Virus record (IMG/VR): IMGVR_UViG_3300038429_000032
Span: 1-36,682 of that record
DNA from: a virus
Taxonomy: Duplodnaviria > Caudoviricetes
Direction: 5' to 3' (one strand)
DNA length: 36,682 nucleotides
Part shown: positions 25,884-34,539 of the stretch, piece by piece
Numbering within the stretch: the first letter of the stretch is position 1
How the letters are laid out: every line of letters begins with the position of its first letter
The notes under the pieces: model-generated
Told to the model about the DNA's origin: nothing
The model's database searches: none
What the model saw: only the letters and a program-made list of their open reading frames with translations
Position numbers and translations under genes: made by a program

Positions 25884-26662
25884 AACGAATGGTCATCATC
25901 TCAGACCTTCATGGCGGCCATGAGTACGGGCTCTGCGGCCCGAGTTGGTGGCGCTCCGGGAAAGGCAAGGTCGCCAAGACGGGACGGTTCCAACGGGAAC
26001 TCTGGCGGTTCTACACGGCGGCGCTCGATTCGCTCAAGCCGATATATCTGCTCGGGGTGAACGGGGATGCCGTCGAAGGCAAGAACGAAGAAAGCGGCGG
26101 TACGGAACTCATCACCTCTGACCGCCATGATCAGGCGCGCATCGCGGCCGAGGCCATCGAATACGCGGAGGCTGAACATATCCGGCTCGTCTATGGGACA
26201 AAGCGCCATGTCGGGCGCGAGGAGGACTTCGAGGCGACGCTCGTGGACCTGCTCAAGCCGAAGGACATTAAAATTCAGAGTCATGCGTTCTTCCGCATCG
26301 GCGGGGTCAGCGTGGACATGAAGCATAAGGTCGCCAGCAGTAGCATTCCGCACGGGCGACTAACGGCAATCGCCCGCGCCCGGCTCTGGAACGTCATCTG
26401 GCACTCGGAGCAGGAGCGGCAACCGAAAGCCGATATTATCATCCGCTCGCACGTCCATTATTTCAACTATGCAGGCGGCGCATCATGGTTGGCACTCTCG
26501 ACCCCGGCGCTGACATACAACTCAATATTCGGCGTGCGAGAGTGTGAGGGACTGGTGGACGTGGGGCTGGTCGTGTTTGACTTCGATGAGCAAGGAGGAT
26601 ACACATGGCGTCCCATCATCGCGGACTTCAAGGATTTGCAAGTCCGCCCCGAGTCCCTGTAG
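25880..26662 (+). CDS. Calcineurin-like metallophosphoesterase
   Basis: ISDLHGGH, NGDAVEG, GTKRH, KH, RSHVH; ATGA-coupled to the ligase. Confidence 0.8.
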   Translation: MKRMVIISDLHGGHEYGLCGPSWWRSGKGKVAKTGRFQRELWRFYTAALDSLKPIYLLGVNGDAVEGKNEESGGTELITSDRHDQARIAAEAIEYAEAEHIRLVYGTKRHVGREEDFEATLVDLLKPKDIKIQSHAFFRIGGVSVDMKHKVASSSIPHGRLTAIARARLWNVIWHSEQERQPKADIIIRSHVHYFNYAGGASWLALSTPALTYNSIFGVRECEGLVDVGLVVFDFDEQGGYTWRPIIADFKDLQVRPESL

Positions 26663-26664
26663 CC

Positions 26665-26976
26665 GTGAGCCGCGAGGAAGTGAGGCGGGCCCGCCAAGAG
26701 GCGGCGGATTCGCTGGTGCTATTGTTGGACATCGCGGGCATACTTGGAACGTCAAACTCGGTTCTGCGGAAGATATTTCTTAAAACCGGACTTCCGTCGG
26801 TCCGCATCCGAGATGAACGCACAGCCCATCAATCGGCTGTCGCCATGACGCAAGAGACAGCCAAGGAATTCCTTGCATGGCTCAAGGCCAACGGAAAATG
26901 CGGGCTCGGGTCCGAGCGGATTATTGCCAAGAGTTCGGTCCAGAGCCTTATTGAGGAGGCGAAGAAGGCGGAGTAG
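26665..26976 (+). CDS. Hypothetical protein
   Basis: GTG 2 nt after the upstream stop. Confidence 0.45.
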   Translation: MSREEVRRARQEAADSLVLLLDIAGILGTSNSVLRKIFLKTGLPSVRIRDERTAHQSAVAMTQETAKEFLAWLKANGKCGLGSERIIAKSSVQSLIEEAKKAE

Positions 26977-27039
26977 GAACAAACATGAAATTTCCTTCGT
27001 GGCTTAGGCAACACATTGTGAATTAAAAGGAGGAACGAG

Positions 27040-27414
27040 ATGAAAAAGAAAATGATTGGTCTCTTGGGGGCCCTGTTGCTGGCGATGGCAACGGGGACGG
27101 TTGCGTGTCTCACCGCCGAGTCAATGATGCTCGACACAAGCACCTACCATGCTCCAGTGGACCCGAGCCTGGTCAGGGTCTATCTTGATGTCAACGACAT
27201 CCCTGGCGAGTATGTGAAAATCGCCGTAGTGAAGGCCGATTCCCCGGCCATCACGGATTCGTCCGATAATCAGATGATTTGGCAGATGAAGGTAGAGGCC
27301 GGGCGACTTGGCGCCAACGGGATTATCCTGACGGTGCAGAACAGCCAGAACATGGGTCTTTTGGTGGGCACGCAGAAAAATTGGGAATGCATCGCTATCT
27401 TCATCAAAGACTGA
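27040..27414 (+). CDS. Lipoprotein
   Basis: AGGAGG RBS; lipobox TVAC; EAGRLGANGIIL. Confidence 0.7.
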   Translation: MKKKMIGLLGALLLAMATGTVACLTAESMMLDTSTYHAPVDPSLVRVYLDVNDIPGEYVKIAVVKADSPAITDSSDNQMIWQMKVEAGRLGANGIILTVQNSQNMGLLVGTQKNWECIAIFIKD

Positions 27415-27425
27415 ATAGGAGGAAT

Positions 27426-27935
27426 ATGATGAAAAAAGTGTTGTCGGTTTTGAGCGTTTTGGCATTCTGCCTGACCCTCACAATCTACGGGTCTGACCAG
27501 AAGAAAAAGACGACGCCGAAGGCTCCGGCCAAAACGACCGCGAAAGCCCCGGCTAAGCAGGGTCGCCCTGCTCAAGGACAGCATGGGCGTCCGAACACGC
27601 AGGCTAGAGGCAATCAGGCCACTTATCGCGGGGAGGCGCGTCGGGGACAGAATGCCGCAATCCGGCATGATGTTCATGGCCGGCCTTACAACGCTCACTT
27701 CTACGGCGTGAATAATCGGATGAGGTTCAGTCGCGGATATGGAGCCTATCATCGGATGCGGGGAGGCCGCGACTGCTTTTTCTTCGGCGACAACTGGTTC
27801 TTTTGCTCATTCTGGCCCCAATGGTTCTATTCCATGGCCTGCTACTTTGAACTCGGCCCTGACGGCCTATGGTACTGCCGGGCCTACGGGCATCCAGAGT
27901 TCTTTGTCGTCGTCGGAGTGCAGGAGGAGGAATAG
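27426..27935 (+). CDS. Secreted low-complexity protein with aromatic-rich C-terminus
   Basis: AGGAGG RBS; signal peptide; KAPAK repeats; FFFGDNWFF. Confidence 0.65.
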   Translation: MMKKVLSVLSVLAFCLTLTIYGSDQKKKTTPKAPAKTTAKAPAKQGRPAQGQHGRPNTQARGNQATYRGEARRGQNAAIRHDVHGRPYNAHFYGVNNRMRFSRGYGAYHRMRGGRDCFFFGDNWFFCSFWPQWFYSMACYFELGPDGLWYCRAYGHPEFFVVVGVQEEE

Positions 27936-28085
27936 ACAGAAAATGAAACGACTGAGCCGGGCCGGCGCCGTTACGAGTAGCCAAGCGGTAGTTGAACGGC
28001 GTCGGGGGACGGGGACCACGGTAGCACTTGGCGGCGCTCAAGCCGTTGCTAACCGTCCCGCCGGCCATTTTCAAGAGGAGGAAGC

Positions 28086-28352
28086 ATGAACCTAGATGCG
28101 GCTATAAGCATTCTCTTGGGCTATATAGGCCTTGTGCCAAAATCTGAGGATAATGAGGGGTATCAATCTGCGATAACCGCCATCCGCATCCTCGAAGCGG
28201 TGGCGAAGGTGGATTGGGCGAGAATAAAACTCTACACCGAGGATTGGCTAGAGCCCCATCAAGAATGGGAATTCTTTCAAGACCTCAAAAGACTTTATAA
28301 GGCCGCGCTGCCCGATGAGCCGACGCCTGGGCTGGGGAAGGGGAAGCAATGA
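28086..28352 (+). CDS. Hypothetical protein (paralog of 20005..20343)
   Basis: GAGGAGG RBS; shared C-terminus. Confidence 0.65.
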   Translation: MNLDAAISILLGYIGLVPKSEDNEGYQSAITAIRILEAVAKVDWARIKLYTEDWLEPHQEWEFFQDLKRLYKAALPDEPTPGLGKGKQ

Positions 28353-28540
28353 AAGAGCCGAAGTTGAAGCGTTGCCCGTTCTGTGGGGGAACGCCTAGGG
28401 TAAAAGAATTTTTTATAAGCACAGTGGTGGATGGCTCGCGCATAGAACAGCAAGTCATCTGCGGCGCATGCCATTCGTCGGGACCAATTACCATCATTGC
28501 GGGCGACGCCATTGTTGCATGGAATAGGCGGTACACATGA
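28349..28540 (+). CDS. Lar-family zinc-binding protein (copy 2)
   Basis: LKRCPFCGG...CGACHSSGP...AIVAWNRR. Confidence 0.75.
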   Translation: MKEPKLKRCPFCGGTPRVKEFFISTVVDGSRIEQQVICGACHSSGPITIIAGDAIVAWNRRYT

Positions 28541-28740
28541 GCAAGCCGAAGCCGAATCCTAAAGATGCCGCTCGGTGTTTTGACCTTCGTTGTCGAGCCA
28601 AAAGAGGAGAGGCGCTATATCCCGCAGACAGAGAGTTCGTAGAAAAGATGTTTCATGACTTTCCCGATTGGTACGGGGCGACAGAACCAGAGGTCTTTAA
28701 TCGAACCATACCATTCGGTTCGAGCCGGAGGGCCAAATGA
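28537..28740 (+). CDS. Hypothetical protein
   Basis: ATGA overlaps on both sides. Confidence 0.6.
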   Translation: MSKPKPNPKDAARCFDLRCRAKRGEALYPADREFVEKMFHDFPDWYGATEPEVFNRTIPFGSSRRAK

Positions 28741-29045
28741 CACCGGAGCGGATTGCGGAACTGCGGCGGGAACTTGAATGGCGAAGGGATATGGCCGGGT
28801 CATCGGAACGAGAGCAACTCAGCGGAAAGATAGCCGCCGACCTCCTCGCCGTCCTCGACGACTACGAGAAGCAGAAGGGGTGGGTTGAAAAACTCCAGAA
28901 GAGTCATTCCATCCTGGAGGAGATGTGGCGCAAAGCCGAGGCCGAACTGGAGCGTGCGCTGGCCGAGAACAAAAAACTTCGGCTCGATGTTGATGGAGAG
29001 CCATCCGTTACGACGCTCGACTACCGCGAAAGGAGAGGGAAATGA
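28737..29045 (+). CDS. Hypothetical protein (paralog of 20519..20854)
   Basis: MTPERIAELRR...LDDYE...AELERA. Confidence 0.65.
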   Translation: MTPERIAELRRELEWRRDMAGSSEREQLSGKIAADLLAVLDDYEKQKGWVEKLQKSHSILEEMWRKAEAELERALAENKKLRLDVDGEPSVTTLDYRERRGK

Positions 29046-29224
29046 GCGCACCAAAATTGAAGCCGTGTCCATTCTGCGGAAAAGAAGTGAAGCCACTAAT
29101 GGCGGGCCTTACTTGGATAGTGGTCCACAAGACAACTTGCCTGTTCTGGGTACTCCAGGAGCATTATACGACAACTTTCTATCTCAAAAAGCATCTTGCC
29201 GCATGGAACAGGAGGGTTAAATGA
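29042..29224 (+). CDS. Lar-family-like protein (copy 3)
   Basis: LKPCPFCG...H...C...AAWNRR. Confidence 0.7.
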   Translation: MSAPKLKPCPFCGKEVKPLMAGLTWIVVHKTTCLFWVLQEHYTTTFYLKKHLAAWNRRVK

Positions 29225-29412
29225 GCCGAGAAGTCATAATCATCCACGCCATCAGGACTTATCATGCGAAAAATCAGGGATTGCTTTTTGACCTATCAAT
29301 GGTCAAGACGGATGACTATTGGGCGGCGATGGATTTTCTCGGTAAGTATTCATTCCTAATCGAGAAGGTTCAACTCGAAGCGTTACCAAGGGAGACGGAG
29401 GAGCCAAAATGA
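29221..29412 (+). CDS. Hypothetical protein
   Basis: ATGA overlap. Confidence 0.5.
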   Translation: MSREVIIIHAIRTYHAKNQGLLFDLSMVKTDDYWAAMDFLGKYSFLIEKVQLEALPRETEEPK

Positions 29413-29455
29413 AACCCTCGACGCGGAGAACGCGGCTGGATTTGCGGAAGCACAG

Positions 29456-29677
29456 ATGATGCCCGCTGAACTGTTGGCAATCATTCGCGGCTGGGCGACC
29501 GATGAGCAAATAGCCTCGCTCACCATCTTCGGACAGCCGATGCATGAACTCAGCAAGGAGGACCTCCTGCGGGTCGTCTGGTGCGCCATGCAGGAGAAGA
29601 AGCGGCTCCAGAAAGATCACCTGAGCGATATGCGCTTCATGGCCTCGCTCTCGACGGGCCTGAATAGCGAGAACTGA
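29456..29677 (+). CDS. Hypothetical protein
   Basis: Fills operon. Confidence 0.45.
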   Translation: MMPAELLAIIRGWATDEQIASLTIFGQPMHELSKEDLLRVVWCAMQEKKRLQKDHLSDMRFMASLSTGLNSEN

Positions 29678-29680
29678 CGA

Positions 29681-30283
29681 ATGGCGAATTACATCTACTG
29701 GCGGGCGCTCACGTCGGAGCGGAAGCACCGATGCCTGACCGACAACGGCGGCAAGCCATGCCAGTTCCTGCTGGTCAAAGAGCCGGGGTATTTCTGCACC
29801 TGGCGGCCGCGTGATGAGAAGGCCGCCCCTGGCGCTCAACTCATCGTGCGCCACGTCATCTTCAAAGAGTGCCCCGCTCCGCTCGGCGACCGCCCATTCC
29901 TGCTGGCGTCATGTCTGAGCGGGCTGGTGCTGACGAATGAGTCCGTGCGCCATCTCTGCGCGGCGATTCTGCTCCAAGCGGTGATGGACTATCTGCCGCG
30001 TCCGAAGTCGCGCGGCGGAAAAGACAATAAGCACAACCGCGAGCGCAAGATTAAAATCGACACGAACCACGCATCGGCAGAGGCGTATATCTTCGGGCCG
30101 TCCGTGCCGGGTGATGCGCTCAGTTTCGTGAACATCTGCCGACTGCTCGGATTGAACGCTGTGAAGGCGCGGAAGATGTTGCTCGCGTATTCCGCCACCG
30201 GCGTCCGCCCGGAACTCGGACGGCTGAACCGCGAGTTGAACGGACGGGTCTCGGCGGCGCGCCGCGAGGAAGAGGAAATTTGA
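29681..30283 (+). CDS. Hypothetical protein (last early gene; possible late regulator by position only)
   Basis: 200 aa; LCAAILLQAVMDY...SFVNICRLLGL. Confidence 0.55.
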   Translation: MANYIYWRALTSERKHRCLTDNGGKPCQFLLVKEPGYFCTWRPRDEKAAPGAQLIVRHVIFKECPAPLGDRPFLLASCLSGLVLTNESVRHLCAAILLQAVMDYLPRPKSRGGKDNKHNRERKIKIDTNHASAEAYIFGPSVPGDALSFVNICRLLGLNAVKARKMLLAYSATGVRPELGRLNRELNGRVSAARREEEEI

Positions 30284-30331
30284 CAAATCTCCGCTCACGC
30301 ATTATGTATATTCATGGAGCCGTGAGAGGAT

Positions 30332-30826
30332 ATGCCAATTATTACGGACGGACAAGCGTCCGCATTGATATCGCTGTTCGCCCCGTCGATAGGGCCGACA
30401 CCCCCCGCGATTGACGGCGCGGCCTGTCTGTGGGGCCTGTTCAACTGTGAGCGATACACCGCCGACAACCCTGACCCGAGATTCGAGCCGTCGTATGCGC
30501 CGGGCGGCTATTACTACGACCACAGCCCCGACGTTCGGGAACGGTGGGCGCAGTACGACCACGACTCCGCCTGCTCATATTCCAACTGGCAGATTCTGTT
30601 CAATACCGCCTGCGAGTTGGGCTATGAAGGCGCGCCGCAGGACTTGGATGAAGATGACATCGCGTTGCCGTTCGTCGTGCAGTACATCCAGCGCCGGGCG
30701 CTCAACGCTGGGGCAATACAGCCGGAGCAGATAGCCCGCTGCTACAATTCAGGGTCCATTAATGGACAACCAGTCCCGGGTTACGTTGACAAGTTCATGG
30801 CCGCCTACGAGGGCTATTCGGCATGA
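30332..30826 (+). CDS. Lysozyme/SLT-fold endolysin candidate
   Basis: NCE...RFEP, SYSNWQILFNTACELGY, CYNSGS, YVDKF; followed by membrane genes. Confidence 0.65.
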   Translation: MPIITDGQASALISLFAPSIGPTPPAIDGAACLWGLFNCERYTADNPDPRFEPSYAPGGYYYDHSPDVRERWAQYDHDSACSYSNWQILFNTACELGYEGAPQDLDEDDIALPFVVQYIQRRALNAGAIQPEQIARCYNSGSINGQPVPGYVDKFMAAYEGYSA

Positions 30827-30944
30827 TAAGATATTTCACGGGTCCTCCAACCCCTCCTCAATACCTCCTTTCCTCGGAGTCCTGGGCCGGTCCCTACCCG
30901 GGAAGAAAAACTCCGGCCCAGGCTCCACTTTTTCTTGAGGCGAG

Positions 30945-31154
30945 ATGAAACTGAATTTTGATATCGCCACCGGACCGGCGCTTCTGCTCTATCTCGCGGC
31001 GTTCTTCGGGTTCGTTCTGCTGGCTGGTCATAACGCCGCAATCGCTGGTATTGCCATCCCGGCGCTTTCCGGGTTGACGGGCGCATTCGCCGGCGTTCTC
31101 GTGCGCGGACACATGGACAACCGCCTGACTCTGCGGCGGGGGATGAGCGCGTGA
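30945..31154 (+). CDS. Holin-like two-TM protein
   Basis: Hydrophobic 69 aa with basic C-terminus; follows the lysin. Confidence 0.5.
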   Translation: MKLNFDIATGPALLLYLAAFFGFVLLAGHNAAIAGIAIPALSGLTGAFAGVLVRGHMDNRLTLRRGMSA

Positions 31155-31780
31155 AGAAAGCACTCCCGTGGCTTATTGTCGCATTCTTAGCCGTGGTGAT
31201 AGTCGCCGGCACGCTATACTTCAAGCACGCGGCCAATCTCGCGGAGCAGAAGGCTCAGGCCGCGCTGGCTCAGGCGGCGGCGCTTGAGGACCAGATAAAG
31301 GCCCAGAACGCACTCATCGCCAAGAGCGCGGCTGACCTAGCAAAGGTCGAGGCTGACGCCGCCGCCAACGAGAAGGCGTTCCTCGCGGTCCTGGCTCAAG
31401 TCAAGACGGCGACGCCCACCCAACTTGTCGACCAGGGCTCGGCAATTCTCGGAGTCCACGACATTACGACGGACGGTAAATCCGTGACTATGGGCCTCGA
31501 AACCTACCGGGCTGCCGTGAGCGCCCTGGTAGATTGGCAGGAATATAAGGTCGTTAGAGAGCCGGAATGGAATCGAGAACGCGGCCTGTTAAACGAGCAG
31601 ATCGCCGGCTATAAAACCCAGGCCGCACTCGATACGCAACGAGACGCCGCCCTCGCGGCTTCAATCGCTGACCTCAAGAAGTTTATCAGCGACCAAAAGA
31701 TAGAGACCATCGGGTCTAAAATTCTATGGACCGCCGCCGGTGCAGGGGTTGGGCTCCTCGTCGGGCGGCTACTCAAATGA
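31151..31780 (+). CDS. Membrane-anchored coiled-coil protein (spanin-like?)
   Basis: N-terminal TM, Ala/Gln coiled coil, C-terminal hydrophobic tail. Confidence 0.55.
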   Translation: MKKALPWLIVAFLAVVIVAGTLYFKHAANLAEQKAQAALAQAAALEDQIKAQNALIAKSAADLAKVEADAAANEKAFLAVLAQVKTATPTQLVDQGSAILGVHDITTDGKSVTMGLETYRAAVSALVDWQEYKVVREPEWNRERGLLNEQIAGYKTQAALDTQRDAALAASIADLKKFISDQKIETIGSKILWTAAGAGVGLLVGRLLK

Positions 31781-31790
31781 AGGAGGCATT

Positions 31791-31982
31791 ATGCCGATCG
31801 TAACTATTTTTATCGTTATCGTGGTCTGTGGGCTAATCTGGTGGATGGTCGATGCATTGCTACCGATCCCGCCCGTGTTCAAGACTGTGCTGAAAGTCCT
31901 GATTATTCTGTTCTTGTGCATCTGGCTCTTGTCCATCGTCGGAGCATTCGGACACCTCGGGAGTCTGCGAATCGGGAGATAA
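31791..31982 (+). CDS. Small two-TM protein
   Basis: AGGAGG RBS; LPIPPVFK between helices. Confidence 0.7.
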   Translation: MPIVTIFIVIVVCGLIWWMVDALLPIPPVFKTVLKVLIILFLCIWLLSIVGAFGHLGSLRIGR

Positions 31983-32061
31983 CACCGTCCGCGCCTCAAT
32001 CGGAAGAAAACTCGACGCTCTGCTCCTGATGGCGGAGCGCATTTATTCGAAGGAGATTTTT

Positions 32062-32283
32062 ATGACAATCGAAGTTGACAACCTGAAAACGAAAATCACG
32101 GCTCTTGAAACCGCCGTTGATTCACTCATCGTTCTGACCAAGGCACTCGCGGCTGACTTCGCGTCGGCCAAAGAGGACCCCGTCGAGATTCAAGCGCTGG
32201 CCGACTCCGTGCAGGGCGAACTCGACAAGGTCACGGCAGAACTGGCGGCCGACACGCCCCCGGCTCCCCCGGTCACGTCCTGA
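32062..32283 (+). CDS. Small acidic coiled-coil protein
   Basis: AAGGAG RBS. Confidence 0.65.
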   Translation: MTIEVDNLKTKITALETAVDSLIVLTKALAADFASAKEDPVEIQALADSVQGELDKVTAELAADTPPAPPVTS

Positions 32284-32299
32284 CGGGCGGAGGAAACGC

Positions 32300-32497
32300 A
32301 TGAAGAACATACTGACGAAAATCCTTACCCTGCTCCGCAAAGTGAATTTCCATTGGATTCTCGCCTACGGAGCGCTCGGCGTCGCGTGCTACATCCGGCT
32401 GTTCCACCTCTACGGGGCCATCGGTGCGCTGGTGCTGTTGCTGCTACTGCGCCGACAAATCGGAAAACTGGACATCAAGGTTCCAGGCGCGAACTGA
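32300..32497 (+). CDS. Small membrane protein
   Basis: GGAGG RBS; hydrophobic. Confidence 0.55.
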   Translation: MKNILTKILTLLRKVNFHWILAYGALGVACYIRLFHLYGAIGALVLLLLLRRQIGKLDIKVPGAN

Positions 32498-32525
32498 TCG
32501 CCGACCATCGGCCAGGACACCGCCG

Positions 32526-32840
32526 ATGTGGGCAATTCTAGGCCAAATCCTGAAGTATGGCGGGTCTGGAGCTGGACTGCTCGCTCTGTTTTTCATCGCC
32601 CGCTGGCAGTACAAAACCGCACAGGCCAAAGAACGAGAGGACAAGTACACGGCCGAGCGCGGCCTCGCCCCGAACCCCGAACGGTGCGGGCAACATGAGG
32701 CGCGCCTCGACGCGATGGAACGTGATTTCGCGGCCCTGAGACTCGAATACCGCGAGGGCCACGACAGAGTCCTGGAATCACTCTCGGACCTCAAAGCGAA
32801 AGTCGCCGTCTGCGTCGCAAAACTGAATAGAAGTGAATAA
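32526..32840 (+). CDS. Single-TM coiled-coil protein
   Basis: MWAILGQILKYGGSGAGLLALFFIARW then coiled coil. Confidence 0.55.
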   Translation: MWAILGQILKYGGSGAGLLALFFIARWQYKTAQAKEREDKYTAERGLAPNPERCGQHEARLDAMERDFAALRLEYREGHDRVLESLSDLKAKVAVCVAKLNRSE

Positions 32841-33237
32841 TATGGTGGATGGCAAAGACTTCAAATTATTCCAAGTGAACCCCAAGAACGGAGAACTTCG
32901 CCACGTCGATGGCGTGCCAATCGTTAAATACATTGACGAGCGCCTAGAATCCATCCTGAAAGAGATAAAGCGAGGCGAGGATGTCATGGACGCCCGCCTA
33001 TGTTCCATGAATGAGTTTAGGAGCGCCATGCAGGACCAGACCAAGAACTACATGACCAAAGAAGAGTATCGCCTCGCGCACAAGCCGGTCGAGGACGCGG
33101 TCCAAGAATTCCGGAAGTTCATGAATCAGATGGAAGGCAAGGCCAGCAACAAATCTCTGATGATAGCGACGGGCATGGCTACCGCCGGGTTGATCGTAGC
33201 CCTGGCGAGTTTTATTCTGCGAGTTCTGGGACATTAG
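32833..33237 (+). CDS. C-terminally anchored membrane protein
   Basis: Overlaps previous stop; C-terminal TM. Confidence 0.55.
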   Translation: MNNMVDGKDFKLFQVNPKNGELRHVDGVPIVKYIDERLESILKEIKRGEDVMDARLCSMNEFRSAMQDQTKNYMTKEEYRLAHKPVEDAVQEFRKFMNQMEGKASNKSLMIATGMATAGLIVALASFILRVLGH

Positions 33238-33247
33238 GAGGGGAATA

Positions 33248-34285
33248 ATGACGCAACAGATACGCCGATTCGGCCACATCAAAGACAAGCGCGACCATCG
33301 CGACTACCTGCATCGGCCCAGCGTCGCCGCAATCCCAAATCAGTACAGCCTGGCGCAGTACCTGCCGGCGGTGCGCGACCAGGGCCAATTGGGTGCCTGC
33401 GTCGGATTTGGAATCGCTGGCAATCTCTCCGGCACCGCCATCCAAACGTCAGCCTATAGCGAGTGGTTCTCCCCGCTCTGGGTCTATAACCTCGCTCGTC
33501 TGAAAGAGGGAACGCTCACGCAGGACGCCGGCGCGGAGCCGCGTGACGCGCTGGACCAACTCGTCGCATACGGCTGTCTGCTCGAACATTTCCGCCCCTA
33601 CACGGATACGCTCGACACCTCTGACCCGACCACCTGGTCATATCAGGGGATGCTCGACACCGCCTACGCAGCGCAATACCCGCTCCTGACCTATGTGCGC
33701 GTCGATGACGGCGGGACGAACATCTGCGACGCGCTTGCCGCCGGTCATTTCATCTCCATCGGCGCTCCGTGGTTCGATTCGTGGATGAACATCGGCTCCG
33801 ACGGCGTTCTCCCCGCGAACTACACCACCGTCGATGGCGGCCATGAGACGTTTTTGTTCGGCTACGACCTCACGGCTCAAGTGTTCTACGGCCAGAACTC
33901 TTGGGGCAACGACTGGGGCCTCCACGGGACGTATGTCATGCCGTTCTCAGCGCTCGACGCCTTCAAAGCCAACGGCGGATACGACGCGCATTATGTGACC
34001 GTCAATTGGTCATCGAACCCAGCGCCGCCCAACCCAACGCCGACTCCTACCCCAACGCCGACGCCGACGCCCGGACCGTCCGTCTGCTGTGGCGCGACGC
34101 GGCTCGCATATCGTTACATCAAGCGACGGCTGAAAAACCCCCGCTTCTCAGTACGGGCTTTCGGCGTCCCAGATAATACGTCGAACAGCGTCATTCTCAA
34201 GGCCGGCGTCACGTACCAGATCGACGCACTCAAGAGCGGCAAAGTCCTCGACATCGACGAACTGCGTATCACGGTGAAGAAGTGA
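33248..34285 (+). CDS. Papain-like (C1) cysteine peptidase with Pro-Thr linker
   Basis: VRDQGQLGACVGF, GGHE, QNSWG; (PT)n linker. Confidence 0.88.
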   Translation: MTQQIRRFGHIKDKRDHRDYLHRPSVAAIPNQYSLAQYLPAVRDQGQLGACVGFGIAGNLSGTAIQTSAYSEWFSPLWVYNLARLKEGTLTQDAGAEPRDALDQLVAYGCLLEHFRPYTDTLDTSDPTTWSYQGMLDTAYAAQYPLLTYVRVDDGGTNICDALAAGHFISIGAPWFDSWMNIGSDGVLPANYTTVDGGHETFLFGYDLTAQVFYGQNSWGNDWGLHGTYVMPFSALDAFKANGGYDAHYVTVNWSSNPAPPNPTPTPTPTPTPTPGPSVCCGATRLAYRYIKRRLKNPRFSVRAFGVPDNTSNSVILKAGVTYQIDALKSGKVLDIDELRITVKK

Positions 34286-34539
34286 CCGTAGGATTCGAGG
34301 CGCTCCTCAAATCGCTTGAGAGCAAGAGTCTAGTGTCCGGCGACAAGTGTACCCGTGTCGTCCTGGAGTTCGATAGTTCCGACGCTCTGCAATTGCTCAA
34401 CGATTTGAACGCGCTTCATTCGGCTGAGAAACTTGTAGCCGTCGCCATCTCTGACGGGACTGCCAACAACAAGAAAGCGCAGAGACCGGGCGTCGGGGTG
34501 ACACGCAAGGGAAAAGCGAATGGCATTCAAGAAGGGTGA
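34282..34539 (+). CDS. Hypothetical protein
   Basis: GTGA overlap. Confidence 0.55.
   Translation: MTVGFEALLKSLESKSLVSGDKCTRVVLEFDSSDALQLLNDLNALHSAEKLVAVAISDGTANNKKAQRPGVGVTRKGKANGIQEG

Noticed and set aside
27976-27992. tRNA D-arm-like GAGTAGCCAAGCGGTA
   Set aside because: No closing D-stem, T-arm or acceptor stem nearby
30280-30312. Late promoter with perfect TTGACA
   Set aside because: Best -10 (TATATT) is 21 bp away and the 17-bp option (TATGTA) is weak; left uncalled
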